Assembly (NCBI RefSeq): GCF_000009965.1
Contig: NC_006624.1
Span: 810,001 to 842,000 of the forward strand
Direction of reading: 5' to 3'
Length of the DNA stretch: 32,000 nt
Source of the DNA: Thermococcus kodakarensis KOD1
GTDB lineage: Archaea > Methanobacteriota_B > Thermococci > Thermococcales > Thermococcaceae
The notes beneath the pieces were generated by a model. That model was not told where the DNA came from. It saw only the letters and a program-made list of their open reading frames with translations, and did not search any database. Every line of letters begins with the position of its first letter. The first letter of the stretch is position 1. Positions 16,380 to 23,494 of this stretch are shown in pieces. Position numbers and translations under genes: made by a program.

Positions 16380-17414
16380 CTATCCCACGAGGGACGAGTA
16401 CACCCGTTCAACTTCCTCCGCAACTTTTTCCCAGGAGTACTTCTCGGCAACGCGTTTTCCCGTTGAACCCATTTTTCTGGCGGTCTTCGGACTTTCCAGG
16501 AGCGCTCTAACTTCGTCCACGAGGTCATCAAAGCTGGTGAACGTCAGGCCGTTCTTCCCCTCTCTGATAAGCTCTGGAATCGCGCTGACCCGCCTTCCAA
16601 TCGCAGGAACGCCGAGGGAGTTGGCCTCAAGGATGACAAGACCGAATCCTTCCCTCTTGGAAGGGAGAACCAGCAGAATGCTCCTGCTTAAAATCTCCTC
16701 AACATCCGTGCGATAGCCGAGGAAATGGACGTTCGGCGGAGCTTTCGCCTCAAGCCTTTTCCTGAGGGGGCCGTCACCAACCACGAGGAACTCTGTGTTG
16801 GGAAAGAACTTAGCGAGCTCTACAAACGTTTCGGGGGATTTATAGTCCCGAAGGGCACCGATGAAGGTCACGTACTCCCTCTTTCCTCCCTCGGATCCTT
16901 CAAACTCGGGAAGTCCATTGGGTATGACCTTGACGTTTTCCGCGCCAAGGGTTTTAGCGAGTCTCGCCAGGTGGTGGCTGACCGCTATAACGACATCAGC
17001 TCTTTTCAGGCTTCTCGTAACGTAGAACCTGCCCAGGGGCGATTTGGGGGTGTTCTCCAGGTCGCTTCCGTGAGCTGTGACGACAAAGGGCAGGCCCGTC
17101 TTCTCCTTGGCCAGCGCGCCGGAGAAGGAGGTCGTTCCTGCGAAGTGGCAGTGGACAATGTCAAAACCGAACTCTCTGTGGAGTTGAGCTATCTTCCTAG
17201 CGCCCGCGAAGGCGAAGGTGCTTCCCCTCAGACCATAAAACGGCGGAACCCTGAGCTGATGGACAAACTCCCTCTCGAACTCCCTGACCTTGACGGGGCC
17301 GTATGTGAGCACATGGACTTCGTGGCGCTTTCTAAGTTCCCTTACGAGGTTGTCGAGATGCCTCGCAACACCGCCACCGTGGGGAGGGTAGTGTCCGACC
17401 ATTAGGATTCTCAT
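16380..17414 (-). CDS. Glycosyltransferase, family 4 (GT-B fold)
   Basis: N-terminus MRILMVGHYPPHGGGVARH, and the C-terminal EX7E region EGFGLVILEANSLGVPAI. It lies 21 nt downstream of the AsnB-like gene, so the two are probably co-transcribed. Confidence 0.88.
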   Translation of the reverse strand: MRILMVGHYPPHGGGVARHLDNLVRELRKRHEVHVLTYGPVKVREFEREFVHQLRVPPFYGLRGSTFAFAGARKIAQLHREFGFDIVHCHFAGTTSFSGALAKEKTGLPFVVTAHGSDLENTPKSPLGRFYVTRSLKRADVVIAVSHHLARLAKTLGAENVKVIPNGLPEFEGSEGGKREYVTFIGALRDYKSPETFVELAKFFPNTEFLVVGDGPLRKRLEAKAPPNVHFLGYRTDVEEILSRSILLVLPSKREGFGLVILEANSLGVPAIGRRVSAIPELIREGKNGLTFTSFDDLVDEVRALLESPKTARKMGSTGKRVAEKYSWEKVAEEVERVYSSLVG

Positions 17415-17435
17415 GGAGGAAAGTTAAAGGTGAAG

Positions 17436-18887
17436 TTAAAAAGCGTTTGGGAACGTCTCCCTGAAGAGTTTCTCCGCGAACTCTCTGAGCGTTAGGCCCT
17501 CTTCTCTGGCTATCTTCTCAAGGAGCTTCTGCGCCCTGCTGCCGTACTGCGCGGCCCTCTTCTCCCTCTCCGCTATCCACTCGGGGATTCCGAGACGCAG
17601 GGCGAGTTTCCTGAGGATGACTTTTCTGGTTCCATCCACTATCTTAGCTTCGAGCGGCAGTTTAAGGGCAAAGCTCACCACAGGAAGGGCGAGGAAGGGA
17701 TATCTTCCTTCAACTCCGTTCAGCATTGTTATCTTGTCGTCCCTCGCGAGGTTCCTCTCGGAGATGAGGGCTATGTCCTCTTCCATAAGTTCGGGTCTCT
17801 CAAGGTACTTTGCGTAGCCTCCGAAGAGCTCGTCCGCCCCCTGCCCGCTGAGGAGGACGCGCGTACCGTCTGAAGAAGCTAGACCAGAGGCAAAGTAAAG
17901 CGGCAGTCCAATTGCGAGGTTCATCGGGTTGGGCTCTTCGATGGCGTACATTACTCTTTTCACGGCATCTCTGACATCCTCGACTTCAAAAGTTCTCTCC
18001 CTCAGCGCCCAGCCAAAGTGGTCGGCCACTTTCCTGGCCCACTCTATGTCGGGACTGTCCTCAGTTCCAGCCGTGTACAGTATCACGTCGGAGTACTGCG
18101 AAGCCAGGTAAGCGACCAGAGTGCTGTCCAAGCCGCCGGAAAACAGAACTCCCGTTTTTTTGCTGACCCTGTTCTTCACTGCATATCTAAGGAGTTTTCC
18201 AACGCCGCCAACCGGGTCTTTCCTTTCGCATTTTGCTTTGGATTTTAGGTTCTCAAGGGAGAACAGCCTGGCCCGCCTCACCCCGTTCTTTTCAAGAACG
18301 ACGAGCTCCCCCGGCTGGACGGGTTCAACTTCCCTCTCGCCCACCGCCCAGAGGACTTTCTTCTCGCTTGCAAACAGGCCGTTACGTGAGAAGTAGAGCG
18401 GCCTGATCCCCAGAGGATCTCTAAACAGGTAGATGCGCTCTCCATCTGAGAAGGCAACGGCGTAGTCCCCCTCAAGCATCCAGAAGAGTTTTTTAACTAT
18501 CTCGGGATAGCTCAGATGTTCTTCCCTCAAAAACTCGATAAGCCTAAGTACAACCTCGCTGTCAACGTCGCTCTCAAAAGAAACGCCTCTCCTCTCCAGG
18601 TATTCTCTCAGCGCCGCATGGTTGTATATCTCACCGTTGTGAACAAGGGCTAGATCGTTTATGAATGGTTGAGTAAAGCTCTTTGAACCAGTTATGGCCA
18701 GCCTGCACTGGAGGAGACCGATTCTCCCGTCTGGAATCTCGGTCAGCTTTGAAAAGTCATCAGATTTGAGGACTCCCCCATCGGTCCAGACCCCAAAACT
18801 TTCAGGGCCCCTGTGCTTTCCTGCTATCGCCATTTTGATGAGCTTTTCTCTGAGATTCCCCCCCATTCCGCCAGCGATGAGGCACAT
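17436..18887 (-). CDS. Asparagine synthase (glutamine-hydrolysing)-like amidotransferase
   Basis: Ntn class-II glutaminase domain with PP-loop SGGLDS. I chose ATG 18887 because it yields Met-Cys (MCLIAGG), and this family needs an N-terminal catalytic Cys. GGTGAT lies 4 nt upstream. The ORF track starts at 18905. Confidence 0.88.
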   Translation of the reverse strand: MCLIAGGMGGNLREKLIKMAIAGKHRGPESFGVWTDGGVLKSDDFSKLTEIPDGRIGLLQCRLAITGSKSFTQPFINDLALVHNGEIYNHAALREYLERRGVSFESDVDSEVVLRLIEFLREEHLSYPEIVKKLFWMLEGDYAVAFSDGERIYLFRDPLGIRPLYFSRNGLFASEKKVLWAVGEREVEPVQPGELVVLEKNGVRRARLFSLENLKSKAKCERKDPVGGVGKLLRYAVKNRVSKKTGVLFSGGLDSTLVAYLASQYSDVILYTAGTEDSPDIEWARKVADHFGWALRERTFEVEDVRDAVKRVMYAIEEPNPMNLAIGLPLYFASGLASSDGTRVLLSGQGADELFGGYAKYLERPELMEEDIALISERNLARDDKITMLNGVEGRYPFLALPVVSFALKLPLEAKIVDGTRKVILRKLALRLGIPEWIAEREKRAAQYGSRAQKLLEKIAREEGLTLREFAEKLFRETFPNAF

Positions 18888-18985
18888 GAGCATCACCCAG
18901 GGCATTTAAAAACCAGAAGAGATAAGCCTTCCCATTTTCCACGTGAAAAAGTGTTCTGGCTGGTTTCTTCCCCTTGAACAACCGT

Positions 18986-19729
18986 TCAGGTCAGATCGCC
19001 GCAGGTGCAGTAGTGCTCATATGCCACGGTTTCGAGATCCTCGAATCCCTCACCGGTTTTTGCCGAGAGGTAGAGAACCCTCGTGGGAGGGGCAAGCTCC
19101 GGAAGAGAGGAGCACAGCTTGTAAGCCAGAAGCCCCTGGGTGGAGGGCTCAAGCTTCAGCCTCGCCGTGAGGTATTCTATGTCGTCGAGGTACTTCCGTA
19201 TCCCTTCGATGTCTTCAACTGTATCCACCTTATTCAGGGCTGGCACCGTCGTTATCCCCAGCCTGAGGTCTATCATCAGGCCGAAGAACACCGCAAAGCA
19301 GAAGTCAGAGGGCTTCCTAAGCACTTCAGGTGAGAAAAGATAAACCCCTAGGGCATCTGGAAAGGCCTCCATAAGCTCAACCCCAAACTCGTGGAAGAGG
19401 AAAGTCTCCATCTGGCCCGGGGTGTCTATCAGAACGTAGTCGGACTCCTTGTCAAGTTCCCTGATCTTCTCGGCGTATTCCCCCGTGTATTCGGCAAGAA
19501 TGTCGTAGCTCTTCACTATAGCCCCGTTCGGTCCGAGGCCTTCGTCCATAAGGCTCCACGCGGTTACCTTCTCTCTGACATCAAGATCGGGAGTGTATGG
19601 AAGTTTTCTAACCCCCGTGTCCAGATTAACATAGGCTACCCTATACCCGTTTTCGGAGAGGTATTTTCCAAACTCCCCCGTTAAGGTCGTCTTTCCGCTC
19701 CCGGCTGTGCCTATGAAAGCCAGTATCAT
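18986..19729 (-). CDS. GPN-loop GTPase (PAB0955 / Npa3-XAB1 family)
   Basis: P-loop GTAGSGKTT and the diagnostic GPN motif (GLGPNGA). ATGA start/stop overlap with the upstream minD-like gene. Confidence 0.88.
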   Translation of the reverse strand: MILAFIGTAGSGKTTLTGEFGKYLSENGYRVAYVNLDTGVRKLPYTPDLDVREKVTAWSLMDEGLGPNGAIVKSYDILAEYTGEYAEKIRELDKESDYVLIDTPGQMETFLFHEFGVELMEAFPDALGVYLFSPEVLRKPSDFCFAVFFGLMIDLRLGITTVPALNKVDTVEDIEGIRKYLDDIEYLTARLKLEPSTQGLLAYKLCSSLPELAPPTRVLYLSAKTGEGFEDLETVAYEHYCTCGDLT

Positions 19730-20463
19730 CCCATCACCCTTGCCTTGAAGCCAGCTATCCTGCTTACCTCCTCCGCCAGTGCCATAAACGCCTTGGCACC
19801 CTCCGAGTCGGGAGCATACTCAACTACCGGAACTCCTTCCAGTGTGGCTTCCCTAACCTTCGGGTCTTCGGGGATAACCACAAGCAGGGGAACCTCCATA
19901 ACTTCCTCGGCCGCGTCGGGCGGTATGTCGTTCTCGCTCCTTCCATAGCGGTTGAGGACAAAGCCGAGAACCGCCAGCCCTGCCTTTCTGAGAACTATGC
20001 CAACCTTCATCGTATCTGTTATACAGGATATCTCTGGGTTCGTAACAAGGATCACCTCTTCGCCGCTCATCATGGCGTTCATCGCGTCCATCTGAAGGCC
20101 CGCTGGACAGTCGATCAGCACGAAGTCATACTCCGATTTCAGCGGCTTTATCGTTGAGGGGAGCCTCCTCGGGTCTGCCTTAAGGACGTGCTCCCAGTCA
20201 ACCGCCGCCGGAATCAGATCAACGTTCTCATAGCTCGTTGAGTAGATAGCGTCTTTGATGTCTGCTTCGCCTGCGAGAACGTCGTGTATCGTGGTTTCAG
20301 CGTCGTCTATCCCCATAACGAGGCTGAGGTTTGCCATTGTAAGGTCAGCATCAACGGCGAGGACTTTGTAGCCCATCTTTCCGAGGGCCACCGAAAGGTT
20401 GGAGGTGGTGGTTGTCTTGCCAGTCCCACCCTTACCGCTGGCTATCGAGATTAAATGACCCAT
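19726..20463 (-). CDS. minD: MinD/ParA-family ATPase (archaeal MinD homolog)
   Basis: Deviant Walker A SGKGGTGKTT, and VLAVDADLTMANLS. ATG 20463 lies 5 nt after GGGGTGA; the ORF track starts at GTG 20472. Confidence 0.88.
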   Translation of the reverse strand: MGHLISIASGKGGTGKTTTTSNLSVALGKMGYKVLAVDADLTMANLSLVMGIDDAETTIHDVLAGEADIKDAIYSTSYENVDLIPAAVDWEHVLKADPRRLPSTIKPLKSEYDFVLIDCPAGLQMDAMNAMMSGEEVILVTNPEISCITDTMKVGIVLRKAGLAVLGFVLNRYGRSENDIPPDAAEEVMEVPLLVVIPEDPKVREATLEGVPVVEYAPDSEGAKAFMALAEEVSRIAGFKARVMG

Positions 20464-20560
20464 GAGCGTCACCCCAATGTTTTTGTTTTTCTCCCCTTAT
20501 GAACTTTAGGGCACGCTAACCTTTATGAAGGCTACGCTTCACTCTGGATAGGTGAGAAAA

Positions 20561-22369
20561 ATGAGAGTGCTTGTTCCGGATACGAGCGTCATAGTTGACG
20601 GCAGGCTCACGCAGTTCCTGTCAACGCTGGGCGAGAAGGTCAAGGTCGTTGTTCCAGAGGCCGTCGTGGCTGAGATAGAGCACCAGGCCAACGAGGGAAA
20701 GGCGATAGGCCACGTTGGTCTGGAGGAACTGAAGAAGCTCCGCGAGATGGCTGATAGGGGCGAGATCCTCCTTGAGTTCTACGGCGAGAGGCCCGACCTC
20801 TGGCAGATAAGACGCGCCAAGGCGGGAGAGATAGACAACATGGTCCGGGAGGTAGCCCAGACTCTCAGCGCGACCCTCGTAACCGGCGACCAGGTTCAGA
20901 GGGACATAGCGATAGCCAAGGGCATAGACGTGATTTACCTTACCACCAAGAAGGAAGTCAGGCACCGCCTTGAGGACTTCTTTGATGACACAACCATGAG
21001 TGTCCACCTGAAGGCCGGGATAAGGCCGCTCGCGAAGAAGGGACGGCCCGGCGAATGGAGGCTCGTCCCGGTTAGAGACGAACCGCTCACCGATGTGGAG
21101 CTTGAGGAGATAGCTGATGACATCGTCGAGAGGGCAAAGCGCGACCCGGAGAGCTTCATCGAGCTCGACGAACCCGGAGCAACTGTGGTTCAGCTGAGGA
21201 ACTACCGTATCGTCATAGCCAAACCGCCGTTCTCGGACAGGATAGAAATAACCGCGGTCAGACCGATAACCAAGCTCTCAATAGAGGACTACGAACTGAG
21301 CGAGAGGCTTTTGGAGAGGCTCAGGGACAAGGCCGCCGGAATACTCATAGCCGGTGCCCCCGGTGAGGGTAAGACGACCTTCGCCCAGGCCCTCGCAGAG
21401 TGGTACGCGAGCATGGGCAAGATCGTCAAGACCATGGAGAAGCCCAGAGATTTGCAGGTCAGCGAGGAGATAACTCAGTACACGGCACTAAAGGGGAGCA
21501 TGGAGCTTACTGGAGACATCCTCCTTCTGGTAAGGCCGGACTACACGATATTCGACGAGATGAGGAAAACCAGCGACTTCAAGATATATTCCGACCTCAG
21601 ACTCGCTGGAGTTGGAATGATAGGCGTTGTCCACGCCACGAAGCCGATAGACGCTATCCAGCGCTTCATCGGAAGGGTCGAGCTTGGAATGATACCGCAG
21701 ATAGTGGATACGGTGATTTTCATCAAGGCCGGAAGGGTCGCCAAGGTTCTGACCCTCGAATACCTGGTCAAGGTGCCTAGCGGAATGAAGGAGGAGGACT
21801 TAGCCAGGCCAGTGATAGAGGTTCGCGACTTCGAGACTGGCGAGCTTGAGTACGAGATATACACCTACGGCGAGGAGGTAAGCGTCGTCCCCGTCAAGAA
21901 GGAGGAGAAAGCTCCTGCACTCAGACTCGCAGAGAAGAGGCTCAAGCAGGAGATAAAGAAGTTCCTGCCCGATGTCAACGCCGAGGTCGAGATAGTCAGC
22001 CCCCACAAGGCGGTGATCTACGCCGACGAGTTCGATATTCCAGCGATAATCGGCAAGAAGGGGAAGCGCATCACGGAGCTTGAGAAGAGGATAGGCATAA
22101 GCATAGACGTCAAGAGCTTTGCCGAGAGGGAAGAACTCAAGCCGAAGGAGAGGATTCCCGTCGAAGTCGAGGAGAAAAAGAAGACGATAGTCCTCAGAGT
22201 ATCGCCGGAGTACGCCAAAAAGCCGCTCAAGTTCTACGGCGGCGAGCAGTACGTCTTCACGGCCACACCAAGCAGGAAGGGCCTCGTCAAGGTCAGCAAG
22301 AGCACGCCGATAGGAAAGGAGCTGAAGAGGCTCCTCGATGCGGGGATACCGATATGGGCATCCACTTAG
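20561..22369 (+). CDS. PIN-domain / P-loop ATPase / KH-domain protein (archaeal 'PilT-family ATPase' type)
   Basis: N-terminal PIN (VLVPDTSVIVDGRL), Walker A GAPGEGKTT, and a C-terminal KH-like GxxG (IIGKKGKRITELEKRIG). The SD AGGTGA is 6 nt upstream of ATG 20561. Confidence 0.82.
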   Translation: MRVLVPDTSVIVDGRLTQFLSTLGEKVKVVVPEAVVAEIEHQANEGKAIGHVGLEELKKLREMADRGEILLEFYGERPDLWQIRRAKAGEIDNMVREVAQTLSATLVTGDQVQRDIAIAKGIDVIYLTTKKEVRHRLEDFFDDTTMSVHLKAGIRPLAKKGRPGEWRLVPVRDEPLTDVELEEIADDIVERAKRDPESFIELDEPGATVVQLRNYRIVIAKPPFSDRIEITAVRPITKLSIEDYELSERLLERLRDKAAGILIAGAPGEGKTTFAQALAEWYASMGKIVKTMEKPRDLQVSEEITQYTALKGSMELTGDILLLVRPDYTIFDEMRKTSDFKIYSDLRLAGVGMIGVVHATKPIDAIQRFIGRVELGMIPQIVDTVIFIKAGRVAKVLTLEYLVKVPSGMKEEDLARPVIEVRDFETGELEYEIYTYGEEVSVVPVKKEEKAPALRLAEKRLKQEIKKFLPDVNAEVEIVSPHKAVIYADEFDIPAIIGKKGKRITELEKRIGISIDVKSFAEREELKPKERIPVEVEEKKKTIVLRVSPEYAKKPLKFYGGEQYVFTATPSRKGLVKVSKSTPIGKELKRLLDAGIPIWAST

Positions 22370-22469
22370 GCTCGGTTGCGAGGGTAGTCATCACCGGTCA
22401 GCTAGCGAAATTGTCGTCATCGCCCTTCCAACTTTTTCTCTTCAGCTTAAAACGTTCCCGGTGGTGAAA

Positions 22470-23036
22470 ATGCTAGTGCTTGCGTCGGCCTCACCGAGGA
22501 GGAGAGAGATACTTTCGAGGTTCATAAGGGAGTTCCAGATAATCCCAAGCAGTGCCAGCGAGGAGTGCTCAATAGCAGATCCGAGAGAGCACGCCCTTGA
22601 GCTTGCTCGTAGAAAGGCGAGGGAAGTTTACGAGAGGCTTGGCAAGAAGGCGACTGTGATAGGGGCCGATACCGTCGTCAGCATAGGCGGGAAAATACTC
22701 GGCAAACCAGGAAACGAGGAAGAGGCCTTCAGGATGCTCAAGACCCTGAGCGGGAGGATGCACCTGGTAACTACGGGCTACTGCATCATCCACCGCGGAG
22801 AGGAGCACTGCGGCGCGGTAGTTACGGAAGTGAAGTTCAGGGAGCTGGACGAGGACCTTATCTGGGCCTATATCAGGACGGGGGAGCCGATGGACAAGGC
22901 AGGGGCCTATGGAATTCAGGGAAAGGGCGGACTATTCGTGGAGTGGATACGGGGGGACTACTACAACGTCGTGGGCTTTCCCATCGAGATAATCTGGAAG
23001 CTCAAGGAGCTGGGTTTTGACGTTCTATCACGCTAA
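22470..23036 (+). CDS. maf: Maf-like nucleoside triphosphate pyrophosphatase
   Basis: LASASPRRREIL signature, and GAYGIQG near the C-terminus. The SD GGTGGTGA precedes ATG 22470. The longer ORF-track version (from 22338) overlaps the previous gene. Confidence 0.9.
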   Translation: MLVLASASPRRREILSRFIREFQIIPSSASEECSIADPREHALELARRKAREVYERLGKKATVIGADTVVSIGGKILGKPGNEEEAFRMLKTLSGRMHLVTTGYCIIHRGEEHCGAVVTEVKFRELDEDLIWAYIRTGEPMDKAGAYGIQGKGGLFVEWIRGDYYNVVGFPIEIIWKLKELGFDVLSR

Positions 23037-23053
23037 AAGGGCTTTGATTTTGT

Positions 23054-23067
23054 GGAGCTCCTTTTTT
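23054..23067 (+). terminator. Candidate maf terminator (short palindrome + T6)
   Basis: GGAGCTCC followed by TTTTTT, 18 nt after the maf stop. Confidence 0.4.
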
Positions 23068-23494
23068 CTGATTTTGCTTTGGAATCAAACTCGCAATGAA
23101 CCTTTTGAAGTCTTTAGTAACGTTCGGTTATTATCAAACAAAAGGTTACGTATTCTTCCAGTTTTTGCGACGAAATTTTTTCGGAATTCTGAATAAGGTC
23201 ATTTTAGAGCTTTTTTCGTACTTCCTCCCAATGCAGATGCAATATTTTTGGCAAAAACTTCCTTAAAACTGGTCAATTTCTTCTTAAAGATCTAAAAATG
23301 CCCGGGAAGTTCTCTGAACATTGTTGTGCATGCTCTTAGCGGAAGAGTGAGAAGCCGTTTCTGGTTGAAAAATCCGCTCACAATCCGTGAATCAGAGGCG
23401 TTTAAGGGCTTTTTAGAGCACCCTTTGCGGAAAAGCTTATAAGATTCGAGGGTTCTTAGTAGTTTGTAAGGCAAAAGGAAGAAAAAACCGCCCT
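23068..23494 (+). promoter_or_regulatory. CRISPR leader (A/T-rich, non-coding) with candidate promoter
   Basis: A roughly 430-nt A/T-rich stretch with no credible ORF, abutting the first repeat on the side opposite the degenerate terminal repeat. A TATA-like TTATAA at 23437-23442, preceded by an A-rich GGAAAAG, lies about 55 nt upstream of repeat 1. Confidence 0.7.

Noticed and set aside
15489-18909. Other antisense or off-frame ORFs across Sua5, GT4 and the AsnB-like gene (for example 15819-16334, 16725-17405, 18121-18396, 18694-18909), and likewise across feoB (28273-28731, 28635-29228, 29068-29676)
   Set aside because: Each overlaps a strongly supported gene on the opposite strand and has no recognisable domain.
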